Of a stretch of 59,072 nt of DNA, positions 37,819 to 46,625 are shown in pieces (positions within the stretch are counted from its first letter, which is position 1; each line of letters begins with the position of its first letter). The notes under the pieces were generated by a model, which saw only the letters and a list, made by a program, of their open reading frames with translations, was not told where the DNA came from and did not search any database. Position numbers and translations under genes: made by a program. Location: the NCBI GenBank assembly GCA_044376335.1, contig JBIPMY010000001.1, positions 1 to 59,072 on the forward strand. Reading direction: 5' to 3'. Source of the stretch: Bryobacter sp. GTDB lineage: Bacteria; Acidobacteriota; Terriglobia; Bryobacterales; Bryobacteraceae.

Positions 37819-38034
37819 CTACTTCTTCTTCGGAGCGGCCTTCTTTGCCGGAGCAGCGGCCTTCTTGGCAGGAGCAGCGGCCTTCTTAGCCGGAGCAGCC
37901 TTCTTAGCCGGAGCAGCGGCCTTCTTAGCCGGAGCAGCGGCCTTCTTTGCCGGAGCGGCAGCCTTCTTAGCCGGAGCAGCGGCCTTCTTTGCCGGAGCGG
38001 CTTTCTTTGCTACTGCCTTGGTTGCATTCTTCAT
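37819..38034 (-). CDS. Histone H1-like Lys/Ala/Pro-rich DNA-binding protein
   Basis: Nine AKKAA(A)P units, GGGAG RBS, own promoter and terminator candidates. Confidence 0.8.
   Translation of the reverse strand: MKNATKAVAKKAAPAKKAAAPAKKAAAPAKKAAAPAKKAAAPAKKAAPAKKAAAPAKKAAAPAKKAAPKKK
37831..38010. repeat. Coding tandem repeat (18/21-nt units, 9 copies)
   Basis: GCCGGAGCAGCGGCCTTCTT(A/T/G) units; variation sits at synonymous positions of the minus-strand frame. Confidence 0.9.
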
Positions 38035-38091
38035 TCGAATCATTCTCCCTAACATCAATTTGAGTCCCCGCGAGGAGGACTCAGTGCTTCA

Positions 38092-38120
38092 GATATAAAG
38101 TCTTTCGCAAATAATGTCAA
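38092..38120 (-). promoter_or_regulatory. Sigma70-like promoter of the histone-like gene
   Basis: Minus strand TTGACA-N17-TATATC, followed by a leader hairpin TGAGTCC/GGACTCA (38061-38083). Confidence 0.55.
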
Positions 38121-38192
38121 GAAAAAAATGCTTATTGAAGGCCTCTGCGAAAGCCAAAACATTTACAAGTAAAATTGTTTTGAAGAAGAAAG

Positions 38193-38864
38193 GTGAGATC
38201 GATGATGCTTCGCACACTTGTCGTTATTGGCTTTGCGCTTGTGATGGTCTCATCATGCTCTCGCAACAAGGCAGCGAAGAGAGTGCCGCAAGCTCCTAAA
38301 CCAAATGTGCGAGCAGTGAAGATTGGTGAGAGTGAGCGAGGGATTGCCAGTTGGTATGGAGATCCTTATCATGGGCGCAAGAGTGCCAATGGAGAGGTCT
38401 TCAACATGAACGAGAAGACAGCAGCTCATCGCACGATGCCCTTTGGAACATGGCTTCAAGTAGAGAACGAAAGCAACAAGAAAAGAGTGAATGTCAGGAT
38501 CACCGACCGTGGCCCGTTTGTGGGTGATCGCATCATTGATCTCTCTCGTCGAGCAGCAGAGGAGATCGCGATGATTGGGCCGGGAACAGCGATGGTGAAG
38601 CTCACGGTAATTGAAGCGCCGCACGGTGAGGTTGTCGAGAAGTATGGTGTGCAGGTTGCGGCATGGGAAAACCGCTCGAAGGCAGAAGAACTGAAGAAGG
38701 AGATTGAGCGAGTGGTGAAGCCCGTACGTGTGGTTGAGAGAGAAGGCAAGCCCGTGCTGTACCGGGTGATTGCAGGGGAGGGGACGCGGGAAGAAGCTGA
38801 GGCAATCGCCCGAAAGTTAGTTGAAGAAGGGCATCGAGGATTTGTGACTCGTCATGTACCCTAG
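38193..38864 (+). CDS. rlpA: Septal ring lytic transglycosylase RlpA with SPOR domain
   Basis: Lipoprotein signal (VSSC), GIASWYG, TAAHRT.PFGT, DRGPF...RIIDLS, C-terminal YGVQVAA. Confidence 0.92.
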   Translation: MRSMMLRTLVVIGFALVMVSSCSRNKAAKRVPQAPKPNVRAVKIGESERGIASWYGDPYHGRKSANGEVFNMNEKTAAHRTMPFGTWLQVENESNKKRVNVRITDRGPFVGDRIIDLSRRAAEEIAMIGPGTAMVKLTVIEAPHGEVVEKYGVQVAAWENRSKAEELKKEIERVVKPVRVVEREGKPVLYRVIAGEGTREEAEAIARKLVEEGHRGFVTRHVP

Positions 38865-38951
38865 AAGCACCGTAAAAAATATGCAGTTCAGGCGAAATAA
38901 ATCTGAAGATTTTTGGCTGGCTCGGCCCACTACCCCAAAGGTGTAGTCTCT

Positions 38952-40007
38952 ATGCGTTCATCACTCGAGGAAAATCTCAAAGTACTGATTGGCCAATCGC
39001 CGCGGATGCTGCAGTTGCAGCGACTGATCGACAAGCTGGGGCGATGCCGCTGGCCCGTGCTTGTGCTGGGCGAAACCGGCACGGGCAAGGAAGTGGTGGC
39101 GCGCTCGATCCACGACGTTTTGCATGACGGGCCATTCGTGACGATTGATTGCTCCTCAATGGTGGGGCCGTTGATGGAGAGCGAGTTGTTTGGGTATGTG
39201 AAGGGTGCGTTTACCGGGGCAAACAATTCCAAGGCGGGATTGATTGAGCTGGCCAATGGTGGAACGGCCTTTCTCGATGAAATTGGTGAGTTGCCGCTTG
39301 AGCTGCAGGCGAAGCTGCTGCGTGTGCTGCAGGAGAAAGAGTACCGGCCTGTGGGTGGCCTGTCTCAGAAGCGGGCTGACTTCCGCGTAATTGCCGCAAC
39401 CAATCGCGACCTGGCCAAAGAAGTAGAAAAGGGCAACTTCCGTCGCGATCTTTATTACCGGCTGAACGTAGTGACTTTGCGGCTGACGCCGCTCAAGGAT
39501 CGCCGTGAGGATGTACCTCATCTGGTGGCGCACTTTTTGCGGCGCTATGGAAGGATGCAGGGGATGGAGCCGGAAGTGCTTGAGGCGCTGCTGAGCTATG
39601 ACTGGCCAGGCAACGTGCGTGAACTTGAGAACTGCATACAACACATGCTGGCTGTGAACTCCGGGCCCTCCTTTCACAAGGGGGACCTGCCATCGAATGT
39701 AGTCAATGCTCTACAGCGCCGCGCGCCGATGGCGGTGAGTGCCCCCGCTTTTGCGGCGCCACTCACATATCCGGATGCAACGACGCCGAGCTTTCCGCCC
39801 TCGTACTCCTATTCGAGTGGTGCGGCGACAGCACCGGCGCTCTCGCCTGTACCGGTTGTGCCGCTGGCAGAACTCGAGCGGCAGGCAATCATGCGAGCGC
39901 TTGAATATACAAAGGGCGACCGTCTGACGGCCGCCTCGCTACTGGGTATCGGCAGAACCACGCTCTATCGCAAGCTCAAAGAATATGAACTTGGCGAAGA
40001 AGCCTGA
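38952..40007 (+). CDS. Sigma-54 enhancer-binding protein lacking an N-terminal sensor domain
   Basis: GETGTGKE, ESELFG, GAFTGA, FLDEIG, WPGNVRELEN, Fis HTH (AASLLGIGRTTLYRKL). Confidence 0.92.
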   Translation: MRSSLEENLKVLIGQSPRMLQLQRLIDKLGRCRWPVLVLGETGTGKEVVARSIHDVLHDGPFVTIDCSSMVGPLMESELFGYVKGAFTGANNSKAGLIELANGGTAFLDEIGELPLELQAKLLRVLQEKEYRPVGGLSQKRADFRVIAATNRDLAKEVEKGNFRRDLYYRLNVVTLRLTPLKDRREDVPHLVAHFLRRYGRMQGMEPEVLEALLSYDWPGNVRELENCIQHMLAVNSGPSFHKGDLPSNVVNALQRRAPMAVSAPAFAAPLTYPDATTPSFPPSYSYSSGAATAPALSPVPVVPLAELERQAIMRALEYTKGDRLTAASLLGIGRTTLYRKLKEYELGEEA

Positions 40008-40043
40008 GAATAAAGCCTCGAGCGGCGCACCTTTTCATAGAGA

Positions 40044-40991
40044 ATGCGCAAGAAGTACACCCGAATTCTATTGATTGAAGACAACCTGGCGGATGCGAGC
40101 TTTTTGCGCGACGCCCTTGGTGAGCTGGAAGAGCTGCAGAACGGCAACACCTGGCTGAGCCCGTTTGAGTTGTGTGACGCGGAGACACTGGAAGAAGCGC
40201 TGTTGCTGCTGAAGGATGTCAGCTTCGATGCGATTCTCGCTGACTTGTGGGTGGGGGATAGTGCGGGGATTGCGACATTTCAGCGGCTGAAGGCTGCTGC
40301 GCCTCATACACCAGTGATTGTTTTGTTGAATGCAGATGATGCGACGCTTACGGTGCGACTCATGCAGGAAGGCGCACAGGATGTGCTGGTGAAACACGAG
40401 GTGGACTGCACGCCACTGGGGAGAGCAATCCGCTGTGCGATGGAACGGAACCGAATCGCGAGTGGCTTGCGGCGAATGAGTGTTCGCGATGAGCTAACGG
40501 GGTTGTTGAACTTCACCGGATTTTTGCAGCTTGGAGAGCCTTATTGCCGTTTGTTGCGGCGACGCGGTACAACGGTGCCTTCTGCGGCCTGCGCTTTCTT
40601 TCAATTGACGAACCTGGATGCGGTGGGCGAGATCGGTGGCCGGCATGAAGAAGAGTGGCTGCTGGTTGAGTTGGGTGAGGCGATGCGGGTTTTCTCAAGT
40701 GAAGTGGATCTGACGGCTTACTTCGGAGGAGGCCGCTTTGCGGTGTTAAGCCCAGACCGTTGTGGCATCAGTCTGTACACGGGTCTTCGCAAGGTAGCCA
40801 ACGATATTGCGCTGAAGGCTGTGGCGCGGGGCAGCTCTGTTGAGTTGCAGATCACGATCTCTTCGGTGGAGCTTGGCGAGAGTAATGGCTGGCATCTGGA
40901 TTCGCTGCTCGATGAGGTGGAAGCGGGGCTGTGGGAGAATAAGCCCTTCGAGCGTGTGTGCGAGACCGAGGCCCAATCGTTGATCCAATAG
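40044..40991 (+). CDS. Response regulator receiver + degenerate GGDEF domain
   Basis: LLIEDN, ILADL, GAQDVLVK; DELTGLLN; active-site position reads YFGGGRF. Confidence 0.85.
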   Translation: MRKKYTRILLIEDNLADASFLRDALGELEELQNGNTWLSPFELCDAETLEEALLLLKDVSFDAILADLWVGDSAGIATFQRLKAAAPHTPVIVLLNADDATLTVRLMQEGAQDVLVKHEVDCTPLGRAIRCAMERNRIASGLRRMSVRDELTGLLNFTGFLQLGEPYCRLLRRRGTTVPSAACAFFQLTNLDAVGEIGGRHEEEWLLVELGEAMRVFSSEVDLTAYFGGGRFAVLSPDRCGISLYTGLRKVANDIALKAVARGSSVELQITISSVELGESNGWHLDSLLDEVEAGLWENKPFERVCETEAQSLIQ

Positions 40992-41974
40992 TCGGGGTGG
41001 ATGCCACCTACTCAGTGGGTAAAGAGCTGAGCGGGGTGGGTAAGTACTCTCTGCATCTAATGGATGGCCTCTTACGACTCCATAAAGGGCCAAGGCTGCG
41101 ACGATACTATCGTCCGCACCGTTGGGTGCGGGCACCCTGGCCGAAGCGCTTATTGCTTGATTCTGGGCCAAGTGGCGTGGATGTCTTTCATGGCTTGAAT
41201 CAACGGCTGCCCCGACGCAGGAGCGCAAAGATGGTGAGTACATTTCATGACCTCTTTGTTTTGAGTGGTGAGTACTCGACGCAGGAGTTTCGTGAGAGGT
41301 TTGCAGAGCAGGCACGGGAGGCAGCAGAGCGTAGCGATCTCATCATTGCGGTGTCTGAGTTTACGAAGTCGCAGGTAGTGTCGTATCTGGGCTATCCGGC
41401 AGAGCGTGTGAGGGTGATCCCGCATGGTGTGGTGTTACCGCCTATGGTGCGTCGAGTGGAAGACCGCGAGAAGATCGTGCTGAGTGTGGGGGCTGTGCAG
41501 AAGCGCAAGAACACGCGAAGGCTGATTGAAGCGTTTGAGGTTTTGGGGCCTGAGTGGCAATTGTGGATTGCGGGGAGTGCGGGGTTTGAAGCTGAGGCGA
41601 TGCTTCGCGACTTGCCTTCGAATGTGAAGGTGCTTGGGTATGTGAATGATGCCGAGCTGGAGGCTTTGTATCAGCGAGCGGCGGTGCTTGCTTTTCCGAG
41701 TCTGGATGAAGGGTTTGGGATTCCGGTGCTTGAGGCGATGGCTAATGGGGTTGCCGTGTTGACATCGAATGTGTCGGCGTTGCCTGAGGTGGCGGGGGAT
41801 GCGGGGTTGCTTGTGAATCCGTTATCGGTGGAGGAGATCGGAGCGGGCTTGAAGCGGCTTTCACGGGTTGATGAGAGGAGCGCTTTTGTGGAGAGAGGGC
41901 TTGAGCGGGCGAAGGGGTTTGGTTGGGAGAAGAGTGTTGCGATGACGGCGGGGGTTTACGCGGAGCTTTGGTGA
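40958..41974 (+). CDS. Glycosyltransferase family 4
   Basis: TFHDL, AVSEFT, VGA...RKN, FPSLDEGFGIPVLEAMA.G, LPEVAG. Confidence 0.93.
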   Translation: MRDRGPIVDPIVGVDATYSVGKELSGVGKYSLHLMDGLLRLHKGPRLRRYYRPHRWVRAPWPKRLLLDSGPSGVDVFHGLNQRLPRRRSAKMVSTFHDLFVLSGEYSTQEFRERFAEQAREAAERSDLIIAVSEFTKSQVVSYLGYPAERVRVIPHGVVLPPMVRRVEDREKIVLSVGAVQKRKNTRRLIEAFEVLGPEWQLWIAGSAGFEAEAMLRDLPSNVKVLGYVNDAELEALYQRAAVLAFPSLDEGFGIPVLEAMANGVAVLTSNVSALPEVAGDAGLLVNPLSVEEIGAGLKRLSRVDERSAFVERGLERAKGFGWEKSVAMTAGVYAELW

Positions 41975-42019
41975 GGATGAGGCGATTGCATGTGCTGCGC
42001 AAGTTTGTATGCTGAAGGT

Positions 42020-42229
42020 ATGGATGTATCAGATGAGATGCATGACACGCTCAAGGCGCGGGCGGCGAGCGAGGGCATGAGTCTTTCGGATTACAACAAA
42101 AGAAAACTGAACCGCTCGCTTGAGAGACCGGCAATGCGTGAGTGGCTGCAGAGCAGTTCAGAGGCAAAACCAATCCGCTTAAAACGGAGCGCGGCAGAAA
42201 CGATTCGGCAATTGCGGGATGCTCTTTGA
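42020..42229 (+). CDS. VapB/FitA-like ribbon-helix-helix antitoxin, probably N-terminally truncated
   Basis: V.DE.H..LKARAA.EGMSLSDY; the usual N-terminal beta strand is missing. Confidence 0.7.
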   Translation: MDVSDEMHDTLKARAASEGMSLSDYNKRKLNRSLERPAMREWLQSSSEAKPIRLKRSAAETIRQLRDAL

Positions 42230-42325
42230 TTGTTCTGGACGCTTCGCAAGAGTGAACGACTCTAAAACTGCAGTCCACGGCTGGCCAAAGGGCATCGTGC
42301 GCGAGTGGTTTTGTTTCGAGGCTAA
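42226..42325 (+). pseudogene. vapC relic with most of the gene deleted
   Basis: TTG overlapping the antitoxin stop gives MIVLDAS-QE-stop (42226-42255). A VapC-like C-terminal remnant RLAKGHRARVVLF follows at 42278-42325 in another frame. Confidence 0.7.
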
Positions 42326-42327
42326 AG

Positions 42328-42612
42328 TCAGTTGTTGATTGGCTCAAAAGAGATCTTCAGGCGCGTATCTGTGGAGGCGGCAAAGCGTTCGAGGATCGGC
42401 ACTGTGGCGCGAGTCTCGCCGCTCTCGAGGCGAACGATTGCAGAGATGGTGGTCTTCATCCGGTGTGCTAGTTGCTCCTGCGTGAGGCCGGCGGCTTTGC
42501 GGGCTTCGATCATGGCGATAGCCACATCGCGATTGGGCTCTGAGTCTTCAGCGGCCTGGATGGGCGCTTTGTCTTTGAGCCATTTTTGAGACAGTTTGTT
42601 GGGTATTGACAA
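42328..42612 (-). CDS. XRE-family HTH protein (HigA-like antitoxin), no adjacent toxin
   Basis: IEARKAAGLTQEQLA.RM.TT.SAI.RLESG...LKISF. Confidence 0.8.
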   Translation of the reverse strand: MSIPNKLSQKWLKDKAPIQAAEDSEPNRDVAIAMIEARKAAGLTQEQLAHRMKTTISAIVRLESGETRATVPILERFAASTDTRLKISFEPINN

Positions 42613-42624
42613 TTTTTGAGTCTG

Positions 42625-42912
42625 CTAGCGAGGATCTTCGTCGAGGGAGATCTTTAGAGCTTTGAGGAACTTGGTGTCCTGATTGTTCCAACTGATCTTG
42701 CCGGTAGCCTCGAAATTGTCGGGGATCTCGGGGTGATCGTCGTTTTCGTCTTCGCGTTTGTTAAAGCCGATCGTCGCTTCCAGAACAAGGAAAACGTCGT
42801 AGCCGGCGCGTTTGATGTCGCCAATCGCTGCAGCAATTCGATCAGAGTCGGAAAGCGACTCGTTAATGGCATTGCCGAGTTCTTGCATTAAGTCTTTTAG
42901 GTTCTCGTCCAT
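42625..42912 (-). CDS. Acidic hypothetical protein
   Basis: GAGG RBS, 95 aa, protein-like composition (GYDVFLVLEATIGF; D.KFLKALKIS). Confidence 0.75.
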   Translation of the reverse strand: MDENLKDLMQELGNAINESLSDSDRIAAAIGDIKRAGYDVFLVLEATIGFNKREDENDDHPEIPDNFEATGKISWNNQDTKFLKALKISLDEDPR

Positions 42913-42989
42913 GCGCCTCTACCAGTCAAAGAATACCATTCACTCTTATCGAACGCTCGCAGCTTTGTTAGCATGAAACTTGCAGTGAC

Positions 42990-43241
42990 ATGAAACGATT
43001 CTTGCAGGCCTTTATGCCCGGTGTGATCAAGCCGCTCCATATATTGTGGAACGAGCTGATCGGATTCTTTTTTGCGGTTTTCGCGATCGTGATCCTGGGA
43101 AGCCTGGTGAAGGGCATCTACGACTTTAAGGGCGATAGCGATAGCCTCGGGCGATTGGCCCTGATGGGCTTTGCCTTTATTGTGATGGCCTATTACGGCC
43201 TACAAAGTTTCTTCAAGGCGCGCAAGATCGGCCGGAGCTAG
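42990..43241 (+). CDS. Small two-TM hypothetical protein
   Basis: Two hydrophobic helices; 3 nt upstream of the mutase gene. Confidence 0.7.
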   Translation: MKRFLQAFMPGVIKPLHILWNELIGFFFAVFAIVILGSLVKGIYDFKGDSDSLGRLALMGFAFIVMAYYGLQSFFKARKIGRS

Positions 43242-43244
43242 GGG

Positions 43245-44741
43245 ATGAAAGCCGGGGAATATCCTTACACCCGAGGGATCTATTCCGGGATGTACCGCTC
43301 GCGATTGTGGACGATGCGGCAGTATGCGGGGTTTGGGTCGGCAGAAGAATCGAATGCGCGTTACCGGTATTTGCTTTCGCAGGGGACGACCGGGCTTTCG
43401 GTGGCATTTGATTTGCCAACACAAATGGGAATGGATGCGGATCATCCGTTAGCGGTTGGAGAAGTAGGCCGGGTGGGGGTATCGATTTGTTCACTCCTTG
43501 ATATGGAGCGGCTCTTTGCCGGGATCTCTCTGGGTGAGATCACCACTTCGATGACGATCAATTCGACGGCCGCAACTCTGCTGGCGTATTACGTGTTGGT
43601 GGCCGAAGGGCAGGGGGCCAACGTCAAAAGGCTGAGCGGGACGATTCAGAACGACATCCTCAAGGAATATGTCGCGCGCGGCACCTACATCTACCCCGTA
43701 CGGCCGGCGATGCGGTTGATCACAGACATCTTTGCCTGGGCGAGCAAAGAACTGCCGGAGTGGAACACGATCTCGATCAGTGGCTATCACATCCGCGAGG
43801 CTGGCTCGACTGCAGCTCAAGAGATCGCCTTTACCCTGGCCGATGCCGTGGCCTATGTAGAAGCAGCAATCGATGTTGGTTTGGCCGTGGATTCGTTCGC
43901 GCCGCGCCTGAGTTTCTTCTTCAATGCACACAATGATTTTTTTGAGGAGATTGCGAAGTTTCGCGCGGCACGCAGACTCTGGGCGCGGCTGATGAAGGAT
44001 CGCTTTGGGGCAAAGGATCCGCGGTCGATGATGCTGCGCTTTCACACTCAGACAGCGGGATCGACACTGACGGCTCAGCAACCGGATGTGAATGTGGTTA
44101 GAGTTGCCTTGCAGGCGATGGCGGCGGTAATGGGCGGCACGCAGAGCCTGCACACCAACGGGATGGATGAAGCCCTTGGACTGCCTACGGCCGATGCAGC
44201 GCGGGTGGCATTGCGGACACAGCAGGTGATCGCCTACGAAAGCGGAGTGACGTCCGAGCCAGACCCGATGGGCGGGTCTTATCACGTTGAGGCTTTGACA
44301 GACCGGCTGGAGGAAGAAGCCCAGGAGTACCTGGCTCGTATCGATGCCATGGGTGGGACTATTGCGGCGATCGAGAGTGGCTATATTCAGGGTGAGATTC
44401 AGAATGCCGCTTATGAGTATCAGAAGCGGGTTGAAAGCGGGAAGGCCATTGTGGTTGGGGTGAACCAGTTTCAGGTAGAGGGTGGGGAGGCGACACCGGT
44501 CTTTCAGATTCATCCTGAGGTGGAAGCGGCGCAGGTGGCGCGTTTGCGGGATTTACGGGCCGGGCGCGATGTGGATGCGTGGAAGTTGAGCCTGGAGGAA
44601 TTGAAGCGGGCGGCGATTGATGGCACGAATTTAATGCCGAAGATCTTGAATTCGGCTCGTGCTTTCGCTACTGTGGGGGAAATTTCAGATACGTTACGAA
44701 ACGTGTTTGGGGAATTTCGGGAGAGCGCCTCTGAATCCTGA
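43245..44741 (+). CDS. Methylmalonyl-CoA mutase, substrate-binding subunit (no B12-binding domain)
   Basis: [60 protein letters not shown]; no DxHxxG. Confidence 0.93.
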   Translation: MKAGEYPYTRGIYSGMYRSRLWTMRQYAGFGSAEESNARYRYLLSQGTTGLSVAFDLPTQMGMDADHPLAVGEVGRVGVSICSLLDMERLFAGISLGEITTSMTINSTAATLLAYYVLVAEGQGANVKRLSGTIQNDILKEYVARGTYIYPVRPAMRLITDIFAWASKELPEWNTISISGYHIREAGSTAAQEIAFTLADAVAYVEAAIDVGLAVDSFAPRLSFFFNAHNDFFEEIAKFRAARRLWARLMKDRFGAKDPRSMMLRFHTQTAGSTLTAQQPDVNVVRVALQAMAAVMGGTQSLHTNGMDEALGLPTADAARVALRTQQVIAYESGVTSEPDPMGGSYHVEALTDRLEEEAQEYLARIDAMGGTIAAIESGYIQGEIQNAAYEYQKRVESGKAIVVGVNQFQVEGGEATPVFQIHPEVEAAQVARLRDLRAGRDVDAWKLSLEELKRAAIDGTNLMPKILNSARAFATVGEISDTLRNVFGEFRESASES

Positions 44742-44924
44742 TTAAGGGAAAGGGTGAATCCAGAAGCGCTCTCCGTCTCTCTCTATTGACAAGACGAACG
44801 AGATTGCCGAGTGTTAAGTTCCATCGACAATTTATTTTTCGATGATTTGGTATGAGCAGGATCGGGATTGGGCCAGGCGGGAGTCTGCTTTGCGAAAAGC
44901 AGGAATGAGGGATGATGTTAGGTA

Positions 44925-45548
44925 ATGGCAGTCGTAGCAAAACGCACCCCGGTTACTGAAGACGCCTACTTCGAAATGCTGGAGAAGAGTGAGATCCGGC
45001 TGGAGTATTGGGCGGGGACGGTTGTGGGGATGGCTGGTGGTTCACCTGAACACTGCCGGCTGGAAACGAATCTCGTCGGAGAGATCTTCCAACAGTTAAA
45101 GGGGCGGCCTTGTGAAGCCTTTACAGGGAATCAATCGGTTTACGTCACCTCTCGCGACGCCTACGTTTTTCCAGATGTGAGCATCGTTTGTGGCCGGCCG
45201 GAATGGATCACAAGGCGGGGAATCGGTTGTTTGCTAAACCCTACTGTGTTGATAGAAGTGTTGTCGCCAAGCACTTCAAACAAAGATGAAACCGCGAAGC
45301 TGCTAGCTTACACGACGATGCGAAGCGTGCGTGAATACGTAATGGTTTATGCAGATCAGTGCCTGGTGAAATTGTTTGCTCGAAGTCAGGCTGACGAAGT
45401 GTGGAAGCTGACCATTTACTCCAAGCCCGATGAGGTGCTGGAGTTGGCAAGTTGTGGGGTGAAATTGGGTCTGGATGAGATCTACGGGAAGGTTGAGTTC
45501 TCAGAGCATTCCGAGGATGGCATTGGCGAGCAGGGATCCGAGAGCTAG
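44925..45548 (+). CDS. Uma2-family putative endonuclease
   Basis: MAGGS.EH, FPDVSIVC, NPTVLIEVLSPST, EY; 3' end overlaps nuoH by 48 nt. Confidence 0.9.
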   Translation: MAVVAKRTPVTEDAYFEMLEKSEIRLEYWAGTVVGMAGGSPEHCRLETNLVGEIFQQLKGRPCEAFTGNQSVYVTSRDAYVFPDVSIVCGRPEWITRRGIGCLLNPTVLIEVLSPSTSNKDETAKLLAYTTMRSVREYVMVYADQCLVKLFARSQADEVWKLTIYSKPDEVLELASCGVKLGLDEIYGKVEFSEHSEDGIGEQGSES

Positions 45549-46625
45549 CGGGATCAGGCGCTTCCAGCCGAGATCCATGAGCTGGTCATAGCGGAGGCGG
45601 GGCCAGGATGCCCGGAACCATACCAGCACATAGAAAACTACGCTGATCTTGAAGAAGAACCAGAAGGGTGCGCTGACGAGCGTAGCAACTGCCGGCATCA
45701 GGAAAGCGGCAGCGGTTAAGCCCAGCAGGGCCGCGAAGGGTAAGAGCTTCATGCGCCAGCAGCCATAGGCACTGGCCGCAAAGAGAATGCAGGGGAATAG
45801 CGCTTCAAAGGGATAGGCAAGCCAGGCGACGTTGGGAAAAGGCCGCAGCCAGCCGCCGAAGAAGAGCGTGACTGCAACGCTACAGATGATGAAGATGTTG
45901 GTGTACTCAGCGAGCATGTAGAGGCCCCAGCGGAAGCCTGAATACTCGGTGTGATAGCCGGCTACGATTTCGCTTTCGGCCTCGGGAAGGTCAAAGGGAG
46001 CGCGATTGATCTCGGCAACTGCTGCGATCAGGAAGATAAAGAAACTGAGCAACATCGCACCGTAGTTGCCAAAGACAAACCAGATGCGCTGATCGAATTG
46101 CGCGTGGACGATCCCCGTCATCGAAAGCGTGCCCGAAAGCACTACGGCACTAACGATTGCCAGGCCCAGCGCCACCTCGTAGCTGATCAACTGCGCGGCA
46201 CCTCGGAGAGCGCCAAGCAGCGAGTAGTTGCTGTTGGAGGCCCACCCGCCGAGAATGATTCCGAATACGCCAACGGCGGCCAGCGCTGAGATCAGCAGAA
46301 TGCCGACGTTCACATCCGCCACACGAACTGTGCTGGTAATTGGAATCACCGCAAAGCTGGCAAAAGCTGTTGCGAGGCTGATAACGGGGGCGAGATAGAA
46401 GAGGAACTTGTCAGCATCTTTGGGGACAAGATCTTCTTTGATCAGCAGCTTGATGGCATCGGCGATGGGCTGCAAAAGGCCGTGCGGGCCTACACGCATG
46501 GGACCAAGCCGGGCCTGAAAATCGGCCAGCAGTTTGCGCTCAACCAGAACCAGGTAGCCCGTCACGAGTGGGAAGACCGCCGTAAAGGTGATTGCGATGA
46601 TGTAGGGCAGAAACTGATCGATCAT
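45501..46625 (-). CDS. nuoH: NADH-quinone oxidoreductase subunit H
   Basis: ERK...[49 protein letters not shown]. Confidence 0.96.
   Translation of the reverse strand: MIDQFLPYIIAITFTAVFPLVTGYLVLVERKLLADFQARLGPMRVGPHGLLQPIADAIKLLIKEDLVPKDADKFLFYLAPVISLATAFASFAVIPITSTVRVADVNVGILLISALAAVGVFGIILGGWASNSNYSLLGALRGAAQLISYEVALGLAIVSAVVLSGTLSMTGIVHAQFDQRIWFVFGNYGAMLLSFFIFLIAAVAEINRAPFDLPEAESEIVAGYHTEYSGFRWGLYMLAEYTNIFIICSVAVTLFFGGWLRPFPNVAWLAYPFEALFPCILFAASAYGCWRMKLLPFAALLGLTAAAFLMPAVATLVSAPFWFFFKISVVFYVLVWFRASWPRLRYDQLMDLGWKRLIPLALGSLLANAILGML

Noticed and set aside
37831-38010. Possible CRISPR array
   Set aside because: Contiguous coding repeats with no unique spacers, and no cas genes in the window.
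37775-38098. Plus-strand FLAGAAA-repeat ORF
   Set aside because: Mirror of the AKKAAAP gene; promoter, RBS and terminator all favour the minus strand.
44742-44924. Possible ncRNA or operator in the mutase-Uma2 spacer (CATCGA-N11-TCGATG, small hairpin)
   Set aside because: Short palindromes compatible with chance; TTGACA has no correctly spaced -10; no cobalamin riboswitch motifs.
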